Source of the DNA: Octopus vulgaris
Lineage: Eukaryota
Direction: 5' to 3'
Length of the DNA stretch: 64,000 nt
Assembly: GCA_951406725.2 (NCBI GenBank)
Contig: OX597820.1
Location: 118,668,001-118,732,000, forward strand
This document shows positions 25,913-39,849 of this stretch, one piece after another. The notes beneath the pieces were generated by a model. That model worked only from the letters and a program-made list of their open reading frames with translations, made no database searches and had not been told where the DNA came from. The translations under genes and the position numbers were made by a program. Position 1 is the first letter of the stretch; every line of letters starts with the position of its first letter.

Positions 25913-26846
25913 AGAATCGAGCAACATGGCGTGGACAGCACGGATAAGACGGACTCAGAGTTAAAATGGAAAGCAAATTAAGCGAGAAGAATAGGAAGAA
26001 TGTTTTCTAATGTAAAAATGTGAAGGCAACGCTAAAGAAAACGGTGAAGCGATGAATAAAAGCCAGCAACAAAGAGCTGAAGTTCGGAAACGTGAGTTAA
26101 CTGTTGAATTAGTTCCTACATTCTAGTTTCTATGGATTTAATTATCTCTATAGCCTTTATATACCACCTCCTTACAGAATACATCCTTTGGGATACTATC
26201 GCTACTGGTAGCGTTGCTGTGCTGCTGCAGCTGGTGCTGCTGCGGTTGTTGTTGTTGATGTTGGTGTCGATGCCGTTACAGATGGCGCTGCTGTTCCTGA
26301 ATATCATTGTTGTATTTTGTAGGTGGCGATAGTGAAGCATTGCCATTGAGGTAGTTGGTGTTGTTACTGTTTGTATGGATGGTAGGGTGCCGTTGTTGTT
26401 GTAGTCTCTAGCGTTGGATATTGTTGCTACGCTTTGGAGGAGTTCCTCTTCGTGGTATTGGTGGTAGTAGTGGTAGTGGTTGCTGTGTTATTATTGATGT
26501 TAATGTCCGCGCCTTTATTAGAAGTACGACTGGAGAACATTTTGCTTTTATTGCTGTTGATGGTGTTGTTGTTAAGCAGCAAGACGGGCAAGGGTGATTA
26601 GGTGATGGTCTAGGGCTTAGGGGCGGGGGACCCCAGACCTTGGAGAAAAAAACAACTTTGGTCGTCTTGTTGTAGTCGAGGGCTCTTCGTTGACGCCCGA
26701 CACCACTGGGAGGTGTCCCTCGAAGTCGCTGGAAATGGAGATCTCCTGGTCCAAATTCTTCGTTGATGATGGTGGTGATTACGATGTTTATGGTGGTAAT
26801 AGTAGTTTTGTTCGTGTTATTCTGTAGCATAGCCAGCAATTGGGAA

Positions 26847-26985
26847 GGCGCGTGGAGTAGTGGTTAGGGTAGTGGGCTCGCGGTTATAAGGTTGTGAGTT
26901 CGACTCCTGGGGATGCGCTGAGTCTTTGTGCAGTGTACTTTATTTCACGTTGTTCCGGTCCACTGAGCTGGCGAAATGCGTTGGA
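26847..26985 (+). mobile_element. tRNA-derived SINE head related to family C
   Basis: GGCGCGTGGAGTAGTGGTTAGGG...CTCGCGGT...GAGTTCGACTCC. Confidence 0.6.
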
Positions 26986-27554
26986 ACTGAATTTCCCGGC
27001 GAACTTCATTAACACATTGGCTCCCACACGTCCTGGGTCGTGGTGGTATGTTAGCCAGTCCCTTACGACCCACCAGCGGGTCATTTTAAAATTTCTTATG
27101 GGCTTTCTGAGAGCTGGAATGCTTCGATTGATTTGATTTGTGCTTCTGCTACAATAAGAGAACACGAACAGAACAATTCTTTATAGAGTTTTATTATATT
27201 TTATTACGTTTTATTTCTGAATTCACCATGTGATGAAGCAAAATAAAAGATTGAGAAAATTTCATTTGCCATTGAAACAAAAATAGTTCTTTTTGGAAAA
27301 ATTGGCAAATTTTTAAAAATAGAAACAGAAAGGAATGAAAACTATTTTATTTGTCAAGGAAACCATTATAGTTCTTTTTGAAAAGATTTCCAAAAATACC
27401 CAAAACTTTTAATTGACTAAGGGTAGATCGTGTGGTATCTAGGATGTGATATGAACTAGGATACCACACCACCCTCCGATGGGATGTGGGTATCTAATGC
27501 TACCTATGTGATCCTTACCTCACATATGGTATAATGTAAAATTATGGTATAATG

Positions 27555-27752
27555 TACAAGGCCCGAAATGTTTGGTGAGAGGGTAGTCGATTAGATCGAT
27601 CCCAGTACACAACAGGTACTTAATTTATCGACCCCGAAAGTAGGAAAGGTAAAGTTGACCTCGGCGGAATTTGAACTCTGAACGTAAAGGCAGACGAAAT
27701 ACGGCTACGCATTTCGCCCGGTGTGCTAACGTTTCCGCCAGCTCGCCACCTT
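27555..27752 (-). mobile_element. SINE family B
   Basis: Reverse complement of the family B head and core. Confidence 0.8.
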
Positions 27753-28124
27753 ATAGTGTAAAAATATTAGCCGCTCATTAGAAAACTAATTAAGATGTGG
27801 TATTGGGACCCTGGGATAAAACGTAAAATGAGGCTCAGGAGCCAACATGTTCAGTGTAGGCATGTCTGTGGAGTACTCAGCCACTTGCATTTCTATTTCA
27901 CTATCAAACTTTTACTTTCAGTGGATCAACTGGAACCCTCGTCGTCGTAACCGACAGAAAGTCACGTTTTTTTATCCACTGGTTAGCCGGATCGAGGTTA
28001 TGTATGATCAAAACTTTCTCTTTATGAACATCTCATTCATTTCTTGAGTGCAGAAAAACCATGAATTCGTTATACAATATACCTCTTGTGAACAGAATAT
28101 GTTATGGTTTTAGGGACATATAGC

Positions 28125-28450
28125 TCATATCAACATAAACAACGCATGAGCTTGCAGGTGGGTCCCAGTTAGCATTTTCTTCAGGTCGAGTAGCCCATCC
28201 CACTCAAAAGGTCCCCGAATGAGGGCTGTGTATGTTGAACGAAACACCTATGTTTCCAGAGGTAAATTATTCAAGCTCCCGAAAATAGCCAACACCACAT
28301 AGCTATGATGTTCCTCAACTACTTCTGCTCGTGATCAATGATTCACATATCTTCAGCCACAAATGACACGTAAATATGTGGTATTGAGCACAATATTTGC
28401 TATAGCCCATGTTTTTACACCGAGATAAATCATATACATGATAACACTTA
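28125..28450 (-). mobile_element. Diverged inverted copy of the 550-bp (AAT)n element
   Basis: TTGCAGGTGGGTCCCAGTTAG...GTGGTATTGAGCA is the reverse complement of part of 11095-11450. Confidence 0.7.
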
Positions 28451-28734
28451 GCGGTATTTCGCCCATATCTAAGTTCTGAGTTCAGATTCCGTCAAGTTCG
28501 AATTTACGTTTCATCCTTTCGGGGTCGATAAATTAAGTACCAGTTGCGTCCTGGAGTCCATGGGAACGATTTACGAGCTCCTCACAAATTTCAGGCCTTC
28601 CACCTATAGTGGAAAAAAAATCCTCACCACCACCACCACTACCACCACCACCACCACCACCACCAAAACCACCAGCACCAGCACCAGCACCATGATGATG
28701 ATGATGATAATGATGATGATCATCATCATCATCA

Positions 28735-29095
<361 letters not shown>

Positions 29096-29974
29096 AATAT
29101 AACTGTTCAATATTTGGTAGACTGAGGCAAATTCCTACTGCATTACCTGCTGCACCACCGTGTTGCTGGGGTGTGTGCAGCATTGTGTGTTCTTTTCATC
29201 TGTTGGGAATGTGCGAAATCTTTCCGGTACTGTATTGTGTTATCGTTTTTCCTTGAGGTGTGAATCTGTCTTTTGTTGTATTACTGCTTGCATTCTGTGG
29301 TGAGTGTGTAATGCTTTGGGTTTTTTTACTTGCTGGTGGCAGTTTATTTTATTGGCTAAATGCTGTATAGAATGCGTTTTGTGTTTGTGGGTTATTTTGT
29401 TTATGTTGTATTATTATATTGTGTTTTGCGTAGATGTGGGCTGTTCCTAGAAGGGTTATTTTATGGACAGCGTGTAGTGTTGAAGATCCAGGTGTAGCTT
29501 CTACTTTTTTATTAATATTATATTTTTATCATGATCAGTGCTCCATTTATTATTGGTATTGTTCTTGCCTTCATCCCCCACGTTTTGAATACTTCAATTT
29601 CGAGGTCTTTGTACTTCGACAATTTCTCCACTTCTATTTTTTGACCATGTTTTGATCAGAAGGGACAGCAAACGTCTATCAGTAAGCTGGTTTTTTTTAA
29701 CCCAATCCTTCACTTTTATGTCTAGGCAATTAGCTTCTATTTCTTTGTCAGTTTGGACCAGTATATCCCAGATGATTGTGGCCTGATCGTTGTCTTATAC
29801 CTTGCTTGGCTCATGTTTATGCCACCTGCTATCAGTTTGAAAGCTGTAATGTTAGAATACTGTCCAGTCGATATAACTGCTTACTTTGTCGTGTCTGTAT
29901 GCATATTCAGACTTGGCAAGGACTGGGCAGCCAGAGATGATGTGGTCAACTGTCTCTCTTTTTACTATTTTTAC

Positions 29975-30185
29975 TATTTTTATTTATTTCAGTCATTTGA
30001 CTGCGGCCATGCTGGAGCACCGCCTTTAGTCGAGCAAATCGACCCCGGGACTTATTCTTTGTAAGCCCAGTACTTATTCTATCGGTCTCTTTTGCCGAAC
30101 CGCTAAGTGACGGGGACATAAACACACCAACATCGGTTGTCAAGCAATGCTAGGGGGATAAACACAGACACACAAACACATACAC

Positions 30186-30236
<51 letters not shown>

Positions 30237-30403
30237 TACGACAGGCTTCTTTCAGTTTCCGTCTACCAAATCCACTCACAAGGCATTGGTCGGCCCGGGG
30301 CTATAGTAGAAGACACTTGCCCAAGATGCCACGCAGTGGGAATGAACCCAGAACCATGTGGTTGGTTAGCAAGCTACTTACCACACAGCCACTCCTGCAC
30401 CTA
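29975..30403 (-). mobile_element. SINE family A nested in the R4 element
   Basis: Full-length copy that splits the CCHC region. Confidence 0.9.
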
Positions 30404-32196
30404 TATATCTCATTGTGTTGTTTGCACATTCTGCATTTGGTGTTGAGGCTTGTTTTCATTATTTTGCTTTTATAATTGTTTGTAGTCAGGCATCGGTCTT
30501 GTGCACCGAGAATCAGTCCTTCGGCTTTTAGTCGAGAGTTTTTGAGCCATTGTTGGTTTTTAGTTAGGCTCACTTTGGCTCTGTCAAGCCTTACAGGATA
30601 TTGTAAAAGGATTGAGTCTCTGTTGCCTCCGATGTATTTGTTGCTAAACAAACATAGAAGCAATTCTGATCATATTTAGCTATGAGATTCAGCAGGTCAA
30701 ATACATCATTTGTTACTTGGATGATACAAGCTTAAGATTATATTCTATTAAAAATAGTCTACTAGTGGTAGGGCTACTTATTTATGTGGAGATTTTCCAA
30801 TATCCATAAGTGTGGAACATTGTCGAATGCTTTCTGGTAATCAGTCCAAGTCACGTTCAAGTGTGTCCTTCTCCTCTTACAAGTGATTGTTCTTCCCATT
30901 TCTTCAGTATATTTCGTAATTCAGTTTTCATGTTGTTTTTGTCTCTCTGACCATTTCTGTTATGTTGTCGTCCGAGTGCGTCAGTGTAGTTTGCTTTCGG
31001 TTTGTATTTTGTCGCCTCCTTGTGTATAAAGCAGAGCGTTTTCTCTTTCTCATGTTCCTTTACTACATGCAGCAGTCTTTCTCTTTTAGTTACTAAATAC
31101 TTTGCTAGTCCAACTGTTCTTATTTTATACTGGTTTTCTATTTTTATCAGGCGACGGCCTCCTTCTGCGAAGGGTAGATATATTCTGTCTGCGTCAGCTT
31201 TGGACTGGTGACTTCGATACGCTGTTAGTAGCTTTCTAGGTGTTCTATGTAGGCTTCTCACTGCACTGATCCTCCAGTTTATCAAAGCTATAATTTATGA
31301 CTGGTATGGCTAATGTGTTTATCCCTATTGTCTTCTTTTTAGCTTTAAGTTCAGTGTTTACTATTAGTCTAACTCTTCTGTAGTACTCTCCCCTAATTTT
31401 CTCTTTGATTTCTGTCTGTTGTCTTTTAGCTGTTTCATCTATTCCTAGATATTTGTATGGGCGATTGTGATCTAATTCTCCATTTTCTGTGTCTATGTCG
31501 AGTGCAGTGCCATCATTGTTGATTAATGTGCCTCTTCTGAGTGTGACTCTGGCACATTTCTCCAGCCCCATCCTCATTCCGATGTCATTGCGGAAACTCG
31601 GAAAAATTTTAATAAGGTTTCCTCTGTTCCATGGTGCTTTTAGCGTAAAGTTTTAGGCCATCCATGCACAGGTGATGGTTTCTATTTTGTCTATAGCACT
31701 TATACCCCATGGTGGTTTCGTTTAACAAGTCTATTAGCGGGGTCAGAGAAAGGCAGAAGAGCAGGGGTGACAATGACTCTCCCTGGAAATTCTCTCTTCT
31801 TGTAGGTATAAGGTAGGTTTTAATAACTTGTGAATCATTTTTTAATGTTATACTGGTTTTCCAGTTTGCCATTGCCTGTTAAATATATTCTACAAGTGGT
31901 AGGGCTACTTATTTATGTGGAGATTTTCCAATATTCATAAGTGTCGAATGCCTTCTGGTAATCAGTCCAAGTCACGTTCAAGTGTGTCCTTCTCCTCTTA
32001 CAGTCCTTTATGATTGCTCGGCTTACCAGTTTGCTCCTGACGGCCATGCACCCCTCTCCGGCACCCTTTTTGCTCTTCTGGTAAGACATTGTTCTTTTCC
32101 GGGTGCTTTATAAGCCGGTTATAGATGACTGATGTTAGGGCCTTGTAGGATGTTGATAGGCATGTCATTGGTCTGTAATCACGTCGGTATACGACA

Positions 32197-32448
32197 TGGC
32201 GGTGAGCTGGTAGACAGGGCGGTGAGCTGGTAGACACGTTAGCACACCGGGCTAAGTGCTTAGTGGTATTTCGTCCGTCGCTATGTTCTGAGTTCAAATT
32301 CCGCCGAGGTCGACTTTGCCTTTCATCCTTTCGGGGTCGATTAAATAAGTACCAGTTACGCACTGGGGTCGATATAATCAACTTAATCTGTTTGTCTGTC
32401 CTTGTTTGTCCTCTCTGTGTTTAGCCCCTTGTGGGTAGTAAAGAAATA
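32197..32448 (+). mobile_element. SINE family B nested in the R4 RT region
   Basis: Duplicated 5' 22 nt. Imperfect TSD GGTATACG(A/G)C(A/G)T. Confidence 0.85.
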
Positions 32449-32687
32449 GGTATACGGCGTCTTTGCTTTTGGGAATTAGGGTAGCTTGTCCTTCCAGCAT
32501 CCAGTCTGGTGTTGATTCTGGCTCACTTATCAATAAATTGAACGCTGCTGCTAAGTGGGTATGAGTACTGGTGAGGTGTTTCAACAAGAAGTTGGGGACA
32601 TTGTCTAGTATTATTATTGTTGATGTTGCTGCTGTTGAAGCTGCTGCTGCTGTTGTTGTTGTTGTTGTTGCTGGTGTTGTTATTTAG

Positions 32688-32900
32688 ACGGGAAGCTGGC
32701 AGAATCGTTAGCGCGCCGTACAATATACTTAGCGGCATTTACGCTCGTCTTCACGCTATGAGTTCAAATCCCATCGATGTTGAGCTTGCCTTTCATCCTT
32801 TCGGGGTCGATAAAATAAGTGCCAATTGAGCACTGGTGTCCATGTAATCGACTTACCACTTCCTCCCAAAATTGCTGGCCTTGTGTCAAAATTTGAAACA
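32688..32900 (+). mobile_element. SINE family B, alternative 3' tail
   Basis: Head and core followed by AAATTGCTGGCCTTGTG...AAATTTGAAAC. Confidence 0.75.
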
Positions 32901-33023
32901 GGTATTGCAATTGGAGTTGTTATTGCTGTTGCTGTTGTTGTTGTGAAACCCTTGGTCAGTCCTCATCAAAAGACTTTCCAGCGATAACTACTTAACGTTT
33001 AAAGGAGTTTTTTTTTTAATATA

Positions 33024-33429
33024 TAGGCGCAGGAGTGGCTGTGTGGTAAGTAGCTTGCTTGCCAACCACATGGTTCCGGGTTCAGTCCCACTGCGTGGCG
33101 CCTTGGGCAAGTGGCCTCGGGCCGACCAAAGCCCTGTGAGTGGATTTGGTAGACGGAAACTGAAAGAAGCCCGTCGTATATATGTATATATATATGTATA
33201 TATATGTGCGTGCGTGTTTGTGTGTCTGTGTTTGTTCCCCTAACATTGCTTGACAACCGATGCTGTTGTGTTTATGTGCCCGTCACTTAGCGGTTCGGCA
33301 AAAGAAACCGATAGAATAAGTACTGGGCTTACAAAGAATAAGTCCCGGGGTCGAATTGCTCGACTAAAGGCGGTGCTCCAGCATGGCCGCAGTCAAATGA
33401 CTAAAACAAGTAAAAGAGTAAAAGAGTAA
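33024..33429 (+). mobile_element. SINE family A, full length
   Basis: Head through tail (AAAAGAGT)2. Confidence 0.9.
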
Positions 33430-33896
33430 TGTCCTTTCATTTATTTAAGCCAGTGGTGACAGAATCGCCACAAAAACCAATCTGGTATCTGCGGTGACTC
33501 TTAACGTTCTGATTTCAAATCCTGCTGAGGGCAAGTTTTGTTTCCGAGTTTCTATGTCTATAAAATATCTACCAGATAAAAACAGAATTCTTTAAGACCT
33601 TCGTCAAAATGTTTTGAAGTACTCACAGCAACTCTTTATGCTGCAAGCGCAGAAAGGCGACTTAGCAAGATGGTTTACTATAAAAAAGTTTTATCGGAAT
33701 GAAGGTATCACTTGATTGTTTGTTGTTGGCAGGTCTGTGATGGCGACTGGATGATTTGATGAATAGAAATATGTTTGTTGCGCTGCGTGAAGAAGGAACT
33801 GAACAACACCTGACAAAATTTAACAGAATATCTTATTATCGCACATACAGACAATTACGCTGATCTTTTACAGATAACAACGGTAATAATTACGTA

Positions 33897-34134
33897 GAGT
33901 AACCCGTCCACTATCGCGGGTGTTATGTTCCAAAACCCTCGCGATAAGTGAAAATCCGCGAAGTAGAAACAGTACTGTACTGTATATACTTTTTGAAATT
34001 ATTTCTATAATTTGTATATATTTATTTTATTATAAATGCAAAACAATACCAAGGAGGAATCGACGTAAGCTTAAATAATAAACCGCGATAGGCGAACCGC
34101 GATAGGTGAACCGCGATATGGCGTGGCATTACTC
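33897..34134. mobile_element. pogo/Tigger-like MITE
   Basis: TA|GAGTAACCCGTCCACTATCGCGG ... CCGCGATATGGCGTGGCATTACTC|TA. Subterminal AACCGCGATA repeats. Confidence 0.7.
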
Positions 34135-34387
34135 TACTGAGAAAGATATAGTGCTTGGCGTTTACTGCAAACTACTGATACAGCAGTATGTGACATGCCT
34201 AACATAACTGGAAACAATTTTGCTATATTCGAGATGACTGTGCTCCTTCGTCGTCTGTTCGAACCATCCGCGTGAGTTGTCTGGTGTGAGAAGAGTGGAA
34301 ACACACCTCATTAGGCTACCTCTGCAATTAATTATCACCACAAGTAGATTTTGGAGGATTGTATATACATACATATATACATATATC

Positions 34388-34792
<405 letters not shown>

Positions 34793-34806
34793 TCTGGTCT
34801 TGAAAA

Positions 34807-34852
34807 CCACCTGATGAATGTCCATTGAAGTGACAAGAAACGATCGTAGTGG
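34807..34852 (+). ncRNA. Type I minimal hammerhead ribozyme with intact core
   Basis: CCAC-CTGATGA-A-TGTC-CATTGAAGT-GACA-A-GAAAC-GATC-GTA^GTGG. Confidence 0.8.
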
Positions 34853-35042
34853 ATATCTTAATTAATCTTAATTATATTTAATTTATATAAAACTTTTTAT
34901 GTATTGGATTAAGTCTTTCTTTGTTTGATTTGCATAATAGTGGTTTTGTCTCTAATTAATATTATATTATATTTTACTATAAAATTGGATTCAATCATAA
35001 ATCTGATTTTTCCCTGTAAATTTGGACTTATTCCCTAATATT

Positions 35043-35137
<95 letters not shown>

Positions 35138-35153
35138 AGGGTTGAGTCGGCTA

Positions 35154-35201
35154 CTTGCTACTCTGAGTTTCACTTGTAGATAGGGAGGGTCTTCGAACAA
35201 G
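35154..35201 (-). ncRNA. Degenerate hammerhead-like motif
   Basis: Minus strand CTTGT-TCGAAGA-...-GAAAC-TCAGA-GTA^GCAAG. Stem II is poor. Shares terminal GGGTTGAGTCGG with the element at ~3206. Confidence 0.35.
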
Positions 35202-36779
35202 TCATGACTGGAAAGTTTGATGGGGGTTTGCACACCTATTTATAGTTTACTCATCAAAGAATGATAAGATGGCCGAAAAGTTTGATAAAGAGTGAGAGAG
35301 AGAGCAAGAAAGTAAGTGAGAAGAAAATAAGAAAAGGAGTGTGTGTGTGTGTGGATGTGTGTTTCAGAGTAGATAGATACATAAATAAAAGGAGAGAGAA
35401 AGAAACAGAGGGAAAGAAAGAGAGAGAGAGAAAGAAAGAGAGAGAGAAAGAAAGAGGGAGAGAAAGAAAGCGGGAGCGAGAAAGAAAGAGAGAGAGAGAG
35501 AAAGAAAGAGGAAGAGAATGAAAGAGAGGGAGAAAGAAAAAGGGAGAGAAAGAAAGAAAGAGAAAAAGAGATAGAATATAGTTACACACACGCACACACA
35601 CATACACACATACGCACATACAGTTACAAAAACACACATGTATACGTAGAGATTCTTTTCGTTACCGTCAGCGAAATCCATCACAAGGCTTAGGTTGACC
35701 TGGGGCTATATTAGAAGACACTTTTCAAAGCGCCACGCGATGAGATCGAACCCAGGACAGTGTTGCTTAGAAGCAGATTTTTAACCACATAGCCACGGTA
35801 TAGGTTGTTGTTGTTTTTGTTGATGATGATTATGACAATGTTTAAACAGAAGTGAAACTTGCTTCAAGTTGTCTCTGATCAAAGATCTTCCAACCGTGAC
35901 CATGTCTTCTTTTTCCGAGGTATACGTATCTCTAAGAGAGTTTTACAATTGCTTTTTTTTTTCGGAAAATGATTGAGTCTCTGTTGCCTCCGATGTATTT
36001 GTTGCTAAACAAACATAGAAGCAATTCTGGTCATATTTAGCTATGAGATTCAGCAGGTCAAATATATCATTTGTTACTTGGATGATACAAGCTTAAGATT
36101 TGTTGTTGGAATGAAAGAATGCCAGAGAATGCAAGAGAAAACGGGTGGGGCCCATACACACACACAACATATGGAACGGAATACATAACGGCACACGGAG
36201 ATAGGGACAGAGATATATCATATATTATAATAAACGAAATACTTGAAATATGAGATAATTTAAAATATAAACAAATTAAATACATAATTAATATAAAGAA
36301 GTAAAAATAAGCATTTAGCAGTCATGAGATAGCTTGACGTTGCGAATTCATCACAGCCATTTTTCTCCCCTGATTTCGATGATAATATGAAATGCCTTGA
36401 CATTTTCAGATGACTATCGAATGAGATGAATGCGTTCGTAAACAGAATACAAATAAATAATGGCCAAAAAAATAAAATGTTGAAACAGATATTTTGGCAT
36501 CATGTTCAAATAAAATAAATATACCATAAATATCCATGGAATAATTTTGGGAAGAAAATATAGATTGCGTTTAGAGGAAATATAAGCGAAACCAGATATT
36601 TAGTAAATATTTAAAAATATACAACGAAACATGTTTCAAAAGGTAAAGTTTGAAATTTATAAATGTATAAATATACAAATAAATCTACACACACACACAC
36701 ATATATATATACATGTGTGTGTGTGTGTGTGTGTAGATGTATTTGTATATTTATACATTTATAAACTTCAAACTTCACG

Positions 36780-36823
<44 letters not shown>

Positions 36824-36955
36824 TTATATGAATGTATAAATACATATATATTTATATATAATATATATATATCTACACGCACACACACAAACCCACATAT
36901 ATACGTGTACATATATAAATATATAAACATATATGCATGTATGTATATATATATG

Positions 36956-36998
<43 letters not shown>

Positions 36999-37002
<4 letters not shown>

Positions 37003-37646
37003 AGTTCCGAGCTCAGCTGGCTCCGGCTGACAGTACCCGGTATGGGCCCCTATCCAGGGTTACGGAAAGGAGACAACCTTCAATGAAATCCGGAGTGGAG
37101 CCCCGAAGGCGGTCTAGTGTTCGATTCGACACTCTTCCGGCAGCTCCTGCAACCAAGCTGGTGCCAAACGTAATGCACTGCACTCCACTGGACTACATCA
37201 GCAAGGTCGAGAGAGGAAACCTGACGATTGGGCTACCCAGGACTTTCTTATCTATAGCCCAGGCCTGCGCAAAACTGGAGAGGACACTTCAGTGCTGCTG
37301 TAAAAAGCTGCAGAAACAACACGGGAGGTAACAGTTACGAGTGATAAGTCCATTCAGATTGGCGTAAAATATGGACGCTACGGGTTACCTCTGCCGGTGG
37401 GAGGGACTTCCATGTCCTATTGGTTAGCTACTGCCCACCTCAAGCTGGGCAGCCCCCAGTTAATAAGGTGCTGACCCGCCACAAGCCGCCTGTTCCATTG
37501 GGTGCTTGGAGCTAAGAGTACGACTCGAAAAGCGGCCTGCAACCTCTGCACCAGGAAAATATAACAGCCGGACTAGACCTAGAAAAAAAAAAAAAAAAAT
37601 GCGCAACTCCATTGTCTCCCGAGACAGAAAGGATGCAAACAAACAA
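36999..37646 (+). mobile_element. Internally deleted non-autonomous RTE (BovB-like) element
   Basis: RTE-type 5' UTR (CAGCTCCTGCAACCAAGCTGGTGCCAAAC) fused to a 3' end identical to that of 50841-51088. Confidence 0.7.
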
Positions 37647-37680
37647 TATATATACATACATGCATGTATGTATGTATATA

Positions 37681-37714
<34 letters not shown>

Positions 37715-37813
37715 CAAACATATATATATAGATATACAAACATATATATATATAGATCTCCTCTCTGTCTCATTCTATCTCTGTCTATATATATGTGCGT
37801 CTGTGTGTGTGCG

Positions 37814-37844
<31 letters not shown>

Positions 37845-37860
37845 GTATATCTATCTACCA

Positions 37861-37956
<96 letters not shown>

Positions 37957-38249
37957 GCACGTGTTTGAATGTATGGCATACATATCTTCCTTGTAGGAAC
38001 CGTCATATGCCTCCAAAGCAAATCCTAAAGAACGAATCACAAACGTATGACAGTCATAGTTGCACACACCTAAACACACACGTCGTGCTGACATGCATAC
38101 AATCTTGAATATGTCAGCGAAGCCTTTAAATGAACACATCAACATTGAAAGCAGCATAGCTTTACAAACACACAGGGAAAATAAAAATTGAAAATATTAA
38201 GAATAACGGCGACAACAACAGAAGATGCAACAGAACTGCAGAAACGGTG

Positions 38250-38630
38250 AAAACTGGTACTTCATTCATCGACCCTGAAACGATGAAAAGCAAAGCCGAC
38301 CCCGGCGGAATTTGAACTCTGGAGACAGATGAAATGCCGCTAAGCATATTGCTCGGAGTGATAACCTTTCTGCCGACTCGTCGACTAGATAATAATAACA
38401 ATAATCGTAATTATTTTTTTTCTACTCTAATCACAAGTCTTGGAAATTTGGGAGAGTGTGTAAGGCAATTCCACCGATCGCAGGGAGCATCTGCTATTTA
38501 TTTTGTTGACCCCGAAAGAATGAAAGGCAAAGTCGACCTCGGCGGAATGTGAATTCCGAAAGTAAAGGCGGACGAAATTCCGCTAAGCATCTCGTCCGGC
38601 GTGCTAACGATTCTGTCAGCACGCCGACTT
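38250..38630 (-). mobile_element. Two adjacent SINE family B copies
   Basis: GACCCCGAAAG..GAAAGGCAAAGTCGACCTCGGCGGAAT or a close variant occurs twice. Confidence 0.7.
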
Positions 38631-38729
38631 AATAATAGTAATAATAACAGCTGTAAAGTTTCCATACTATCGATTTTGAAGGCGTGCCCTGGCCGGGAGT
38701 AACACGTCCATTGATGTATTAATATATAC

Positions 38730-38937
38730 CCTTTACTCTTTTACTTGTTTTCAGTCATTTGACTGCGGCCATGCTGGAGCACCGCCTTTTATCGAGCAAC
38801 TCGACCCCGAGACTTATTCTTTGTAAGCCCAGTACTTATTCTATCGGTCTCTTTTGCCGAACCGCTAAGTTACGGGGACGTAAACACACAAGCATCGGTT
38901 GTCAAACAATGCTAGGGGGACAAACACAGACACACAA

Positions 38938-38982
<45 letters not shown>

Positions 38983-39158
38983 ATTACATACATACGACAG
39001 GCTTCTTTCAGTTTCCGTCTACCAAATCCACTCACAAGGCATTGGTCGGCCTGAGGCTATAGCAGAAGACACTTTGCCCAAGGTGCCACGCAGTGGGACT
39101 GAACCCGGAACCATGTGGTTGGTAAGCAAGTTACTTACCACACAGCCACTCCTGCGCC
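38730..39158 (-). mobile_element. SINE family A, full length
   Basis: As other family A copies. Confidence 0.9.
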
Positions 39159-39368
39159 TGTGTCTGGAACGAAAGTACCCCAAATTATGTGATAACCGTC
39201 GAGTAAATCAACCTGTATTTTGAAAAGATCTGCTATAATGTTGTCTTTGAGGAAGCCGTTTAGATTCTAAAGAACGGATTGAATTCTATGAAATGCAATT
39301 CTGTTAAGACTCATAGATTTGGAGAGTCTTAAGTTCTGATGTGAATGTACTTCCTTTTCAGGTCTAAG

Positions 39369-39694
39369 TACCTTGGGCAAGTGTCTTCTACTATAGCCCC
39401 GGGCCGACCAAAGCCTTGTGAGTGGATTTGGTAGACGGAAACTGAAAGAAGCCCGTCGTATATATGTATATATATGTATGTGTGTATATGTTTGTGTGTC
39501 TGTATTTGTCCCCCTACCATTGCTTGACAACCGACGGTGGTGTGTTTACGTCCCCGTAACTTAGCGGTTCAGCAAAAAAGACTGATAGAATAAGTACTGG
39601 GCTTACAAAGAATAAGTCCTGGGTTCGATTTACTTGACTAAAAGGCGGTGCTCCAGCATGGCCGCAGTCAAATGACTGAAACAAGTAAAAGAGT
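39369..39694 (+). mobile_element. SINE family A, 5'-truncated
   Basis: Starts at ACCTTGGGCAAG. Confidence 0.85.
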
Positions 39695-39849
39695 AGATCT
39701 CGTTATAGAAATCCAACAAATGGGTAAAAACAAGTAGATTCTTCTAGATCATAACCGAGATGTTTTCTGGATTTCATATAAAAATCTTTGAGCGTTTATG
39801 AATTTCCTTAATGTTTAACGGAACAGTCCAGATCGGCGAGCTATCTGCT

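Larger units (their letters stand above)
29100..32590 (-). mobile_element. Decayed R4/Dong-type LINE (RT, CCHC, REL endonuclease) interrupted by SINEs
   Basis: DYRPMTCLSTSYKALT, LPEEQKGCRRG, FQGESLSPLLFCLSLTPL, HLCMDGLKLYAK, MGLEKCA, YKYLGIDE, ADADRIYLPFAEGGR, EGLILGAQD, CRMC, EKLSKYKDLEIEV. 3' end abuts (AAT)n. Confidence 0.85.
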
